Shown: piece by piece, positions 9,671 through 19,370 of the stretch
Numbering within the stretch: position 1 is the stretch's first letter
Layout of the letters: the number at the start of each line of letters is the position of its first letter
DNA from: a virus
Lineage: Duplodnaviria > Heunggongvirae > Uroviricota > Caudoviricetes
Virus record (IMG/VR): IMGVR_UViG_3300047469_000094
Reading direction: 5' to 3' (one strand)
Length of the DNA stretch: 64,000 bases
Translations under genes and position numbers: made by a program
The notes under the pieces: model-generated
Database searches by the model: none
Told to the model about the DNA's origin: nothing
What the model saw: only the letters and a program-made list of their open reading frames with translations

Positions 9671-9904
9671 TTAGTCCCTGCTATTCCAGTACGCTGGTCG
9701 CACTGTACGTTTTGGTTCACGAGCTGGTCGTGGATCTTCTGGCAGATCCGAGCCCTTGTAGCGAATAGAGTTCAACTCAGGAAACTCAGTATCGCCGGAC
9801 TCTTCTACTTCATCCTGCTGAGCACCACGAGCCACTCGTTCAGAGGAGGTGTGACGAATGCTGAAAGGATGACCACAACGGGAACGCTTGAAAGTACCAG
9901 CCAT
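9671..9904 (-). CDS. hypothetical protein
   Basis: Probable start MAGTFK at 9904 after GGAG. Confidence 0.5.
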   Translation of the reverse strand: MAGTFKRSRCGHPFSIRHTSSERVARGAQQDEVEESGDTEFPELNSIRYKGSDLPEDPRPAREPKRTVRPAYWNSRD

Positions 9905-9974
9905 TTGAATCTCCAACCCAGTAGTAAGTGTAAAGCGTAATTGCCTTACACCTTTCTTATACCCAAATGGAAGG

Positions 9975-10301
9975 TCAGTCTTTGATAATCCGTTTAAGCG
10001 GGCCGTCGTTCTTGCCGGAGACAATTGAAGGGATCATACACCAGTAGATTGGCTTTACCTCAATCCCTGAATCAGCGATGTACTTACCACCAAGGTAATA
10101 CCCAGTAGTAATTCGGTCATTATCCAGAATCAACCAGATATGAGTGTTTGGCTTAGGCGGAGTTGCGGAAGGCTGCGTAAATACTGCCTTCGTCAAGATC
10201 TGAGCGATCCTAGCAACTTGATCGTTTATATATTGCACCTGAGACGACATGTGCTCCATGCCATCGCAGTAGCCCTGTTCATACTGAGTCATCTCACTCA
10301 T
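9975..10301 (-). CDS. hypothetical protein (DUF551-like C-terminus)
   Basis: P..NTHIWL...TGYY...PIYWCMIP pattern. Confidence 0.55.
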   Translation of the reverse strand: MSEMTQYEQGYCDGMEHMSSQVQYINDQVARIAQILTKAVFTQPSATPPKPNTHIWLILDNDRITTGYYLGGKYIADSGIEVKPIYWCMIPSIVSGKNDGPLKRIIKD

Positions 10302-11044
10302 AGTCGTTTCTCCAAGACATGCTTTTTGAACGCAGCCACTGTTACCGGGACGATTGGCTCAATCAACTGAGTAGCTGCTTTGCCATACACCTGGATCTCG
10401 TATTGAGAGTGGCTGTGGTCACGAAGACCGATGAAGCCCAGCAGGTTGTGCAGGTCTACCGTTGCGAAGAAATGTGTGTAGATGTTCATAGGCAGACTGC
10501 CACGAGCAATCTCACGAGGTACGCCTCTTGCCACCAACAACTCGTACATTGCGTAAGCCTGCTGGTTGCTACTACGGATAAGGCTGCGAGTCTCTTCTTC
10601 GTATTCTGGATTCAGTTCTACTAAATCACGCATCTGCTTATTGTCGGAGTTCTGAGTACCGATACACCCTTTGGCAGGGACGTACATCTCATTCGGCAGA
10701 ATGGAGTACCGAGCACTTACTTCGTTGTAACCCCAGGAACGATGACGCATCCACTGACGAGCAACGAACATTGGGCACTTTACTTCAAAGGTAAATTGCA
10801 CAGACTCAAGTGGGCTTGTGTGTCGGTTCTTAACGAGGTAGTTGATCAAACGTTCATCACTGCCGGTATCATCGCCTGCACGCCAATCTGCGTCATAGCT
10901 TACACGAGCGGATCTGACTACGGAAAGGTCACTACCCATACTGTCTACGAGACGAAGATAGCCGTGGTCTAAAAGATCAATTTTCAAAGAGTTAACTCCA
11001 GTTCTAATTGGAGCCACTGTAGCGAAATCTAAAAAAAGCCGCAA
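10298..11044 (-). CDS. thyX: flavin-dependent thymidylate synthase
   Basis: RHTSPLE, VARQWMRHR, NEVSARY, EIARGSLP, AQ-like SQYEI; true start probably a TTG near 10990. Confidence 0.95.
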   Translation of the reverse strand: MRLFLDFATVAPIRTGVNSLKIDLLDHGYLRLVDSMGSDLSVVRSARVSYDADWRAGDDTGSDERLINYLVKNRHTSPLESVQFTFEVKCPMFVARQWMRHRSWGYNEVSARYSILPNEMYVPAKGCIGTQNSDNKQMRDLVELNPEYEEETRSLIRSSNQQAYAMYELLVARGVPREIARGSLPMNIYTHFFATVDLHNLLGFIGLRDHSHSQYEIQVYGKAATQLIEPIVPVTVAAFKKHVLEKRL

Positions 11045-11148
11045 GGTAAAAAAAGGAAACGACAGAGGGGAAGTCCCTGTCGTTTCAAAGGCCTCCCAAG
11101 ACCGGACCTTTTATACAGTCGAGGGAGGTAGTACATTACAATCTTTGT

Positions 11149-11262
11149 CTACTTGAAGAATGCTTTCGCAAGCACTCCGCAGATGAACCCGAAGGCCATA
11201 ATGCCGAATATGATTACAAATATCACACCAAGTATTGACGCGAGAAATCCTAGAATTCCCAT
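11149..11262 (-). CDS. small membrane peptide (37 aa, not in ORF track)
   Basis: MGILGFLASILGVIFVIIFGIMAFGFICGVLAKAFFK; GAGG RBS lies inside the upstream ORF end. Confidence 0.6.
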   Translation of the reverse strand: MGILGFLASILGVIFVIIFGIMAFGFICGVLAKAFFK

Positions 11263-11558
11263 ACCTCTTTCCTTTTGAATAGATTCGGAGCAGTTCCTAA
11301 TCCGAAAGGGGTTAGGGCCTTTTCTAGTCTGTATAACTCATCATCGGAAACTGCTACACGTTCTTTACGAATGTTGATCTTGAAGCACTGAACGTCCAGG
11401 AGGACATACAGTACATCCCCCTTTTTATGGAGCTTCTTCTTCAGCTCTGCAATCCCTTCCAGCTTACTCTTGGCAGGGATCGTCAAAGCGATTTTGCGAG
11501 GAGTAAGTTTTCCCTTGGAAGGGTTCGTAACTCTGGCTTCAATGTCGAATTCGAACAT
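11250..11558 (-). CDS. hypothetical protein
   Basis: 102 aa after the promoter at 11615. Confidence 0.7.
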   Translation of the reverse strand: MFEFDIEARVTNPSKGKLTPRKIALTIPAKSKLEGIAELKKKLHKKGDVLYVLLDVQCFKINIRKERVAVSDDELYRLEKALTPFGLGTAPNLFKRKEVWEF

Positions 11559-11641
11559 TGCTAAATCCCTGTAATTCAGTAAGTAGTAGGTAAGCGGTAT
11601 CCTTCTCTACTACTCTTATACCCGAATCCAGTGGTTGGTAT

Positions 11642-12391
11642 TTAAAACAGACTGAACATTTGCTTGTGCAACGGAGCGTCCGAGTGAACAACTTCGGTCT
11701 TCTTCGCCCGTGCCTTCTGTGCAGTTTCTTCGAACTGCTTGTGCATGTTGCGGATACCGGAAAGCATGTCGCCACCGAGGCTTGCAGGAGCAGGTGCGGC
11801 CTGAGGTTGAGGCGGCGGTGGAACAGAAGCTTTCGGCATTGTCGGCATAGGGATATCCATGCTCGGCGCTGGTGCAGGAGTGATGAACTCCGGAGCCTTT
11901 TTCTTCGGCTTAGCCTTCTTAACGAACTCCTGATCGAGCGCACCGAGAAGGTCGAAGGGCAGAACAGGGTAAGTCGAGGTAGCCATCATTACGCTGGCCT
12001 TCGCCCATACGGCATGATTATCACCGTCATCGTCACCATCCGGCAGGCACAGCTTGGTGAGGTTATTTGCGACCTCGAAGGTCAGAAGAAATTCATCTTC
12101 GTCGCTACCTACGATTTCTACATGGATCTCTGGCTCAGTCATCAGAGAACCATCCTTGTACCAAGGAGTGGTTACCGCACCGACCTTCATTTCATTTTCG
12201 ATGAGGAACTGCTTGATCGGGGCATTGCCCATGATGTTGATCAGACCGTTAATGCCGTGAGCACCGGAGAGATACTCTTTCTCCAGGGTAGGACCCACGA
12301 AACCCAAACCACGAAGATCGTCGTAGTTCATTACGCCTTCGTAGGCGTCAACAATTACAAACGCAAGTACGCTACTCATATTCTTCTCCAA
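11642..12391 (-). CDS. hypothetical protein with Pro/Ala-rich linker
   Basis: 249 aa; PAPAPSMDIPMPTMPKASVPPPPQPQAAPAPAS segment. Confidence 0.75.
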   Translation of the reverse strand: MEKNMSSVLAFVIVDAYEGVMNYDDLRGLGFVGPTLEKEYLSGAHGINGLINIMGNAPIKQFLIENEMKVGAVTTPWYKDGSLMTEPEIHVEIVGSDEDEFLLTFEVANNLTKLCLPDGDDDGDNHAVWAKASVMMATSTYPVLPFDLLGALDQEFVKKAKPKKKAPEFITPAPAPSMDIPMPTMPKASVPPPPQPQAAPAPASLGGDMLSGIRNMHKQFEETAQKARAKKTEVVHSDAPLHKQMFSLF

Positions 12392-12473
12392 AGCTCTAAG
12401 AGGCTAAAGAAAACAGAAAGATAGAAACGAGAAGAGCCCCGTTAGGGGCTCCTCAAGTCAAGCCGCTCAGAAA

Positions 12474-12869
12474 TTACTGAGCAGCGGTTTCAGCTACCGC
12501 AGCATCGACCAGGCCGATTGCTTTGGCGATGTTGCTGTCGCCCAGGAAGGAGTCGATCAGGCCTTCGATGTTCAGGTCTTGGAACGCTTCGGTGTAAGCG
12601 TTGGTAACGGCGGCGTAGCCCAGTTTGGCCAGCAGCTCGTTTTCAGGCTTGAACTTCTGGACGCCGACCAGGAACAGGTTGGCCAGAGCCAGCTTGCCGA
12701 AAGCGGTTTGAGCGTAACCACGGATCATCATCGGCAGCTTCGGAACGATCAGGCCAACCAGCTTGTTGTTGATGATGCGGCCTGCTTCGAAGTACGCGGC
12801 GGTTTTGGCCAGTTCTTTGTTAGCTTGGAAAGCAACGCCAAATACGCCGGACAGGTTCAGTGCATTCAT
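12474..12869 (-). CDS. hypothetical protein
   Basis: 131 aa, strong codon bias, GGAG RBS, promoter at 12942. Confidence 0.8.
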   Translation of the reverse strand: MNALNLSGVFGVAFQANKELAKTAAYFEAGRIINNKLVGLIVPKLPMMIRGYAQTAFGKLALANLFLVGVQKFKPENELLAKLGYAAVTNAYTEAFQDLNIEGLIDSFLGDSNIAKAIGLVDAAVAETAAQ

Positions 12870-12962
12870 TTTGAGACTCCTAAAAACTTTCGAAAGGTTT
12901 AGTGCGGAGAGTCTAATAAGTAAGTACTCTCTCGCACTATTGTTATACCAGTGTATTGCAAA

Positions 12963-13208
12963 TTATTGAATTTTCCGCCACGTAATTGAACCATCTTTAG
13001 CAAGGATCTTTTCGTGAGGACGCATCTTCATTAAGCATCCTGTTTTCTTCGTACATTCAGTAACCATGAAATTTCTAACCACAGGCCTTGCACTCTTCTT
13101 CTCAGGAGCAGGTGCTTGAACCTTGATAGGGTCTTCCGCACGAGATGGAAGGGTTGGTGTAACTACCGCAATTGCTGCGAAGACTAAATGAAGTAATCTC
13201 ATAGACAC
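12963..13208 (-). CDS. putative exported small protein
   Basis: Signal-peptide-like N-terminus and a Cys pair (ECTKKTGC). Confidence 0.55.
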   Translation of the reverse strand: MSMRLLHLVFAAIAVVTPTLPSRAEDPIKVQAPAPEKKSARPVVRNFMVTECTKKTGCLMKMRPHEKILAKDGSITWRKIQ

Positions 13209-13256
13209 ACTCTTGCCGAGGCCTAGACTATCCTAGGCCTCTTAAGGTTTGTTTTG

Positions 13257-13577
13257 TTAGGTTCGACGGTAGGAAGGAACTACGTGTAAATGTACACGCT
13301 TCTCAAGGTTGGCACGCGTGTCTCGGGAAACAGTATCAAGAGCACCTGCTCCGAATACGGCCATCTTGTATAGCATCATTGCAGGTACAGATGTAAACCC
13401 TTCCAGGTCAAACCGAATATCGGTCTGCTTACCGGCAAGGATCATGATCCGGAAAGCATTTCGGTGGTCCGCACAAAGCGGATCGAACATTACCGACTTA
13501 CCAGTGTTTACTTCGACAGGCGTATCCAAAACGCGTACGGCGGAAAGGGCGGTGCGATCAGAGTTTTGCAGGTTCAT
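13257..13577 (-). CDS. hypothetical protein
   Basis: 106 aa after the promoter at 13622. Confidence 0.7.
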   Translation of the reverse strand: MNLQNSDRTALSAVRVLDTPVEVNTGKSVMFDPLCADHRNAFRIMILAGKQTDIRFDLEGFTSVPAMMLYKMAVFGAGALDTVSRDTRANLEKRVHLHVVPSYRRT

Positions 13578-13611
13578 CGGTAAGGTCCTTTTCTAATAAG
13601 AGTAAGTTCTT

Positions 13612-13923
13612 CTACACTTCTCTTATACCAAGACCCTTTGGAGCATTGTAATCTTCAAGACGTTGTTTCAACCGGTTCACCTTGAAGAGGACGTGGTCCT
13701 GAACCAAATCTTCACCCACCATGATTGCCATCTGAGTAACCATAATGAACGAGTCTGCAACCTCGCTCGCCAATTGCTCTTTGGTAATGCGTCCACGTTT
13801 CCACTGGTTAATGGCGGTGATCAGCTCTGCCAACTCTTCGTTAGCCATACCTAGCTGAGCATCGTAACCCCAAGTATCCAATGCGTTTTGAAGAACCAAG
13901 GTATCATCAAGAACAAGAGTCAT
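13612..13923 (-). CDS. MazG-like nucleotide pyrophosphohydrolase
   Basis: EELAEL...EVAD acidic motifs typical of all-alpha NTP-PPases. Confidence 0.8.
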   Translation of the reverse strand: MTLVLDDTLVLQNALDTWGYDAQLGMANEELAELITAINQWKRGRITKEQLASEVADSFIMVTQMAIMVGEDLVQDHVLFKVNRLKQRLEDYNAPKGLGIREV

Positions 13924-14216
13924 TGTGCCACCCCTTGAGCTTCAAGGTAGGTTTCCCGAACTTGGGAAATACGACGATTGATGTTTATCTGAACAAGCCA
14001 AGGCTCCTCCATAGTAAGCACCAATCGATTCAGCTCAACGAACAGACCCCCGATGTCTCTGGCAAGGTTGCGTTCAGTAGTAAGACCGATTGCATACTTG
14101 TTCAGAGACGTGGCGAGTTTCAAAGTGTCTTTAGAAGCTTCATAGTAACGATCACGATTACCGTCAGCTTCTAAGGAATGTGATAACAGATCCAATTCGT
14201 ATTCAGTAAGTTTCAT
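13920..14216 (-). CDS. hypothetical protein
   Basis: 98 aa, translationally coupled to the helicase. Confidence 0.65.
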   Translation of the reverse strand: MKLTEYELDLLSHSLEADGNRDRYYEASKDTLKLATSLNKYAIGLTTERNLARDIGGLFVELNRLVLTMEEPWLVQININRRISQVRETYLEAQGVAQ

Positions 14217-15979
14217 AGGTCTACCTTTCGGCTTTTGACGAAGTCCACCATCATGGTGTCCTTCACGTCTTCTTTATCGCCGAGAACCTTGTAAACATAC
14301 CTCTCTATATCGAAGTCTGTCAACAGAATGAAGTAATCACATGCCTTCTTCTGACCAATGCGGTGAACCCTATCCTGTTGCTGTAGGAACACCTCAAGGC
14401 TAAAGTTCAGGCTGTAGAAGATCTGCGTGTAGACCGTGCTGTCAACCTCACGGAATACCGTATCAACATCTACTTCATGATCCTCTTTGTGGCCGAGGAC
14501 CGTTACGCCATAGTTAACAGCTTTGGCCTGACATAGCAGAACCTTGTATTTCTTGTCACGGTTAAAGAGACGGACCTTACCCGAGGTATCTTTCTCCCCA
14601 CCTGCGATGGTGAGGAACTCTAGGCCCACGTTGTTGAACTCACTCTCAATGAGAACACGTTCAGCTTGAGAGTTGTACCAGACCATAACCCGTCGTTCAG
14701 GCATCTGGACCTGAAGTAACCGCATCAATTCGATAAGCTTCGGTTGTTCCGGGAAGAACAAGGTCTCTCGTTTTACTGCAAGCTTCTCCTTCTTCTTTAT
14801 CCGACTGAATTGAGCTTCACTGAAATAATCGAGATCGTCTGCAAGAATGTCCTTGCTTTCAGTGTAGTATATGAATCCGTTAGCAACCTGGCACTGCTTA
14901 GCTGCCAGTACAAGAGGGCTGGGAACTTCCACGTATCGATCTTGGAACAAAGCCATGAAGTTGGACTGCAACTCTCCGAAGACACGTTTCTGTTCCTCGG
15001 AAGCCTTCACATCTACGATGTGGAAGGTCTTATCTGGAAGGTCTTTCAACCATTCCGACTTCTTCATGACGATGCAGCAGGACTCAAGAGTATCTCGCAT
15101 CTCCTCTACGTTCTTGTACCCCACAACGAACTGCCTCAAAGGCTTCCCGTCGGCACCTTTGCCGGGTTTACTCTCTACTGCGTATAACTCTTTGAAGACC
15201 TTGTAATCACGACCAACCAAAGACGGTTCCAAGTACCGTACAGGAGCGAACAAGTCTAGTGGCGAGTTGTTGATCAAAGTCCCTGAGTTGATTACCTTGT
15301 GTTTCACCTCCTGACCAATAGCAGTCAGACACTTGGTTCGAGCCGTAGTCGGAGACTTGATGAGGCCCTCGTCGATGTTCATTGAGTCGAACTGGATTTC
15401 CGTGCTAAGACCTTCGTACAGACGAACGGCTTTATCGTAGTTGATAACCACGAGATCAGCCTCTTTCATCTTCGGAAGCTCTTCGGCCCAGTTCGTAGTC
15501 CTGACGAGGTAGACCTTCAGCTCAGGTCGGTGGACTGCAACCTCATCCTCCCAGGTACCCAGCAAAGCCATAGGGCATACGACCAAGCTACGGCGGAACT
15601 TCATCAAGAAAATGTAGTCCAGGTAGATCTTGGTCTTACCCATGCCGGGTTCTAAAAGCAACCCCGCACTTTCAAGGGTGTACAAGAACCTCAGGGCAAT
15701 CATCTGAGGAGTTAGCGGAGTAGTGTGGAATACAAAGTCCTCAGGGATGTCCTTGAGCTTCAATGATCCTTTGGCAATGCTGAACACCTCTCGGTCTACG
15801 TCCAGAGCCCCGAAGTGAGCCTTTAAACGCTTTGCCAAGTTCTGAACTACCAGAGTCTTCTTAACTGCGAAGTATCGAGGGCCACTACGGAAGAAGCCCG
15901 GAAACTTCTCCATCTGAGAAATCTCCTTGGAAGTCTGAGGTATAGCCTCGATGTACTTACCGCTGGAGATCAGTCTCAT
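14213..15979 (-). CDS. SNF2-like superfamily 2 helicase
   Basis: PGMGKT Walker A, NIDEG motif II, SGTLINN motif III, QQQDRVHRIGQ motif VI. Confidence 0.9.
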   Translation of the reverse strand: MRLISSGKYIEAIPQTSKEISQMEKFPGFFRSGPRYFAVKKTLVVQNLAKRLKAHFGALDVDREVFSIAKGSLKLKDIPEDFVFHTTPLTPQMIALRFLYTLESAGLLLEPGMGKTKIYLDYIFLMKFRRSLVVCPMALLGTWEDEVAVHRPELKVYLVRTTNWAEELPKMKEADLVVINYDKAVRLYEGLSTEIQFDSMNIDEGLIKSPTTARTKCLTAIGQEVKHKVINSGTLINNSPLDLFAPVRYLEPSLVGRDYKVFKELYAVESKPGKGADGKPLRQFVVGYKNVEEMRDTLESCCIVMKKSEWLKDLPDKTFHIVDVKASEEQKRVFGELQSNFMALFQDRYVEVPSPLVLAAKQCQVANGFIYYTESKDILADDLDYFSEAQFSRIKKKEKLAVKRETLFFPEQPKLIELMRLLQVQMPERRVMVWYNSQAERVLIESEFNNVGLEFLTIAGGEKDTSGKVRLFNRDKKYKVLLCQAKAVNYGVTVLGHKEDHEVDVDTVFREVDSTVYTQIFYSLNFSLEVFLQQQDRVHRIGQKKACDYFILLTDFDIERYVYKVLGDKEDVKDTMMVDFVKSRKVDL

Positions 15980-16530
15980 AGGAGGTTTACCGTGGTCTTA
16001 ACGTGGCCGTCACTAACCGTGATAAGGAGATATCTACCTGGTTGCTGTGGGTTCGCCCGTGAGGCGAGATAGATAGCAGGCTTGTCATAGCCAGTAATAT
16101 TAGTAACAGCGCAATCAAGATGACTAGCATTAGATTCCTCAACCCCAACCCTCTTCTTCCAGAAGTTCCTACTAGCCTTCTCTGAAACAGGTACGTGTAC
16201 TAAAAAGTCACCGTCAGGAAGAAACCGCTCAAGATACTGCTCAAGGGATGTTTCAAGGTTGAAGGCCCAAACCTGAACGTCCTCATCGTGCATTTCAAGA
16301 GGTATGCTTTTTCGGTAGTAGTCCAGAACTACTTGTTTAAAGCAAAGCTTGTCATCAGCCTCTTGATGATGAACTCGGATACCCTGAGGATTTGTAACCG
16401 TGACCAAGTATGGTTTGCAGAGATTCAACGTAGAACGTTTCCAAGGCCATACCCATTGGAGTTCTACTTTCAAGCCACGCTGGATGGTTCGAGTATTTAT
16501 TACCCTACCCACCTTGTTAAAATTCCACAT
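15976..16530 (-). CDS. hypothetical protein
   Basis: 184 aa; promoter variant CTTGTACC at 16594. Confidence 0.7.
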   Translation of the reverse strand: MWNFNKVGRVINTRTIQRGLKVELQWVWPWKRSTLNLCKPYLVTVTNPQGIRVHHQEADDKLCFKQVVLDYYRKSIPLEMHDEDVQVWAFNLETSLEQYLERFLPDGDFLVHVPVSEKASRNFWKKRVGVEESNASHLDCAVTNITGYDKPAIYLASRANPQQPGRYLLITVSDGHVKTTVNLL

Positions 16531-16665
16531 AGCATAGTTACCAATTTTCTAGAAGCATGAGTTTACGCAGATAATCTGCGGTGGTCCACCTCTCTTGTAC
16601 CAACAAAGACCTCTGCCTCTTAAAATGCACGAATATCGTCATCTCAAACACTCAGGAGCTACTTA

Positions 16666-17640
16666 GTGTCTACCCCATCTTTCACGTCTTCCTCATCGAA
16701 CTTTACTTCGGTTCGCCTCTATACTGAGCTGGACCCGTACTACTACACCATTGATAACCGCCCGCTTCAGGACCTAAGCACCAACTCCAGTAGCCTAGCA
16801 AACGCAGCAGATGCCGGTCGTCGCGGTGTCCTAATCGAAGCCCTGAGAGCCTCTGCGTTGCAATCCGGTATGTACGGTTCCGGGCAGTCTCTGGTAGGAC
16901 TTCGTGCATCCGTTGCTTCTGCTTCCACGGTATCAGTAGCTCCAGGTGCAATGATGCTGCCAGGAGCAATCTCGGTTGCGGATGCCACTCCTATCCTTCG
17001 GGTAGCGGGTAGCCACACCACTGTAACCTTGAACACTCCTGCCCCCGTAACTTTGGGCCAAGAGATGACCTACATCGTCCAGGCTGGATTCACTGAGTTC
17101 ACTGGCACTACCTCGTATCCTAACTTCGATTCCGCCAACCCACTGTTGCAGTCAAACTTGCTGAACGGCTACCTGACTGTAAACGTTGTAGCAGGCGCTC
17201 AGGCGAACACCGGCACTTCGATAGCGCCTTCGGTAACTCCAGGTTTCTACCCACTCTATACCGTAGTTAGCGTATCTGGGTCTTCACCGGTTATTACCAT
17301 TAACGCTTCGTCTCCTACCCGTCTGATCCAGACTGTAGCTGAAGAACAATGGGTCACCCCTACTCTGGTCAACTCCTGGGTGAACGTCTCCAGCTACCAA
17401 GCAGTTCAGTACAAGCGGGTGGGCAGCAAAGTTATCATCCGAGGTGCGTTGCAGAGCGGTTCCGCAGGTTCCGTAGCTTTTACCCTACCAGCGGGATTCC
17501 GACCTCTAACCAATAACGCCTTCGGGGCCTCTAACGGGGGTAGCGGAAGCGTAACGGTAACGGTGTTTGCATCGGGTAACGTAATTATCAGTGCAAGCTC
17601 CCCTGCCTACCTGGGAATCATCGAGTTCTACACCGACTGA
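16666..17640 (+). CDS. putative tail fibre / receptor-binding protein
   Basis: C-terminal W..PTL.NSW....QYKRVG..V..RG......FTLPAGFRP domain typical of tail fibre tips; late motif at 16619. Confidence 0.7.
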   Translation: MSTPSFTSSSSNFTSVRLYTELDPYYYTIDNRPLQDLSTNSSSLANAADAGRRGVLIEALRASALQSGMYGSGQSLVGLRASVASASTVSVAPGAMMLPGAISVADATPILRVAGSHTTVTLNTPAPVTLGQEMTYIVQAGFTEFTGTTSYPNFDSANPLLQSNLLNGYLTVNVVAGAQANTGTSIAPSVTPGFYPLYTVVSVSGSSPVITINASSPTRLIQTVAEEQWVTPTLVNSWVNVSSYQAVQYKRVGSKVIIRGALQSGSAGSVAFTLPAGFRPLTNNAFGASNGGSGSVTVTVFASGNVIISASSPAYLGIIEFYTD

Positions 17641-17650
17641 GTCTTAGAAG

Positions 17651-17685
17651 GCTAAAAAAACCCCGCTCATAAGGCGGGGTTTTTG
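17651..17685. terminator. bidirectional intrinsic terminator
   Basis: GCTAAAAAAA CCCCGC TCATAAG GCGGGG TTTTT between convergent genes. Confidence 0.85.
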
Positions 17686-18024
17686 TTACATCTTCCGAAT
17701 CTTCTCGCAGAGGAGATAGATCTCTCTCAGACTCTCTAAGACCTCCTTAGCGACGTTTTCCGACTTCTCCCTAACGAAGACCTCAAGTCGATTGGCAAAC
17801 GTCTCAGAGAAGGCGAGGAGGCGCTTGCCTGCTGCACCAGAGATACCGCGAGCAAGCATATGCTGCCCGGTGACAAAAATAAGCACCTCAATGTCGGAAA
17901 GGAAGTTCGGTCGAATCAGTGGGTGGTCATGCAGGTAGACGAATTCCCTGACAGGTACGAGGTCGTTCTCTCGGTTAAGCCAACCTTTGATCTGTGGGTT
18001 CTCAATGGAAAAGTCGTAGTTCAT
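17686..18024 (-). CDS. hypothetical protein
   Basis: 112 aa, GGAG RBS. Confidence 0.65.
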   Translation of the reverse strand: MNYDFSIENPQIKGWLNRENDLVPVREFVYLHDHPLIRPNFLSDIEVLIFVTGQHMLARGISGAAGKRLLAFSETFANRLEVFVREKSENVAKEVLESLREIYLLCEKIRKM

Positions 18025-18085
18025 GTAGTGATCTCCTAGTGAGGTCTAGTTTACACCTTCTCATGCCCACTCTGAAACCATTGAT

Positions 18086-18687
18086 CTAGACACCGCGCGG
18101 AACGAGGCCTTGATCTACGCGGCCTTCAGAGGAATGTCTAAGCCGTAGACAAACCATGTCTAGGCTAAGAGGCCCGGACTAGAGCGGTTAGACAGAATCT
18201 AAGACATTTCTGAAAAGTTTTGTCTAAGTCATGTCTACGGCTGTAAGCCACGTCCCGTATGGCTTTGAGTGGTGCGCTAGACATTTAGACATGAATTTTC
18301 CTGGCACAAGCACTGGGGCTCAGATTCTCCACTAAATAAAACAGAAATGGAGACAGTCATATACATACATATATATATTTATATATTTATAACTATATTA
18401 ATGTACCCATGACATGGCTATGGCTCGTAGGTACGGATCACAGAGTTGTTTTTTTATTTCCGTGTTTCCAAGCTCTGGGTGCTCGTGCGGGGAAAATTCA
18501 TGTCTTTTTGTCTAAAAAAGGCTGGAAGCCACGGCCCACCTGGGCTGCAGCCGTAGACATGACTTAGACATGAACTTTTGGAAATGTCTAAATTTTGTCT
18601 AGAAGGCTCTAGCACGGGCCTCTCAGCGTAGACATGACTTTGTCTAGTTTTGTCTAGAACCGGACCCCGAAGGGTCCGGCATGTCTA
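18086..18687. repeat. Large imperfect inverted repeat with ~18 TAGACA/TGTCTA iterons around an AT-rich core
   Basis: Arms ~18146-18345 and ~18447-18646 are reverse complements about centre ~18396; AT-rich core 18358-18402. Confidence 0.9.
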
Positions 18688-18692
18688 TTTGC

Positions 18693-19238
18693 CTAAGAGA
18701 ACATCTTTGAGAAGAAGCCTTTCTTAGTCTTCTTCTTTTCCTCCTCGGAGTAACCGAGGCTTTCGTACAGGTCCAGCAAGTCATCAAGGTCATGGATCAT
18801 GGCTTTATTTTTCTCTGGTTGGCTCAGGTCCTCAAAATGAATGTCAATGTTGATAAGGAAATCCTCGTACGTAGGTTCCCTGTTTTCGAGATCGCTTTCC
18901 CGAAGCGCCTCGCCTAAGGCAGCCTCCAGAGTCTCTGCTGAGGAGTTTCCGCCCTTACGATATCCATCTCTAGCCATTTCTAGATCAGCCTCAGCATTGT
19001 CAGATTCTTTCGGAAAGCTATAAGTGAAGATTTCTTCCTCCCCCTCCACTGGAGGAACGCCTTCGAACATTACTTCGATGGAATCCCGAGCATCAAAATC
19101 AAAGGACACCATCTGGGAACGTTCACCCGTCTTGCCGTTTACAACAATCATCTTCCCCACGACCCTGTCGGATAGCTGATGGATAAGGTCTTCCAACTCC
19201 TTATTCCCCCCATCACCAGATTTTGCCGCTGCTCCCAT
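18693..19238 (-). CDS. hypothetical acidic protein
   Basis: 181 aa after the promoter at 19288. Confidence 0.75.
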   Translation of the reverse strand: MGAAAKSGDGGNKELEDLIHQLSDRVVGKMIVVNGKTGERSQMVSFDFDARDSIEVMFEGVPPVEGEEEIFTYSFPKESDNAEADLEMARDGYRKGGNSSAETLEAALGEALRESDLENREPTYEDFLINIDIHFEDLSQPEKNKAMIHDLDDLLDLYESLGYSEEEKKKTKKGFFSKMFS

Positions 19239-19334
19239 AATTGTTATAGCTCCAAAGGTCGGCGGTTAAGTATTCTCTTGCACTACTCTTATACCAGGGA
19301 CGTATATGTGCTATTGAGTACTTGTCTTCTTTCC

Positions 19335-19342
19335 GTTAAAAT
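19335..19342 (+). promoter_or_regulatory. Late-class promoter motif, exemplar (N-[TCG]-TAAAAT)
   Basis: Copies at 16619, 19335, 31131, 35788, 46441, 49443, 54008, 54174, 59182; GTTAAACT variants at 42063 and 55295; all but 54008 upstream of plus-strand genes. Confidence 0.75.
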
Positions 19343-19370
19343 CGAGATCAATCAAGGACACTTCTTCTAA

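Noticed and set aside
3354-13923. Hypermodified-base pathway inferred from dCMP deaminase, nucleotidase, dUTPase, ThyX and MazG
   Set aside because: All are explained by ordinary dTTP supply and pool sanitation; no hydroxymethylase, glycosyltransferase or deazaguanine gene in the window
18086-18687. CRISPR array or MITE
   Set aside because: The repeats are 6-11 bp iterons in both orientations with irregular spacing, not 25-40 bp direct repeats with unique spacers; no transposase or target-site duplication seen
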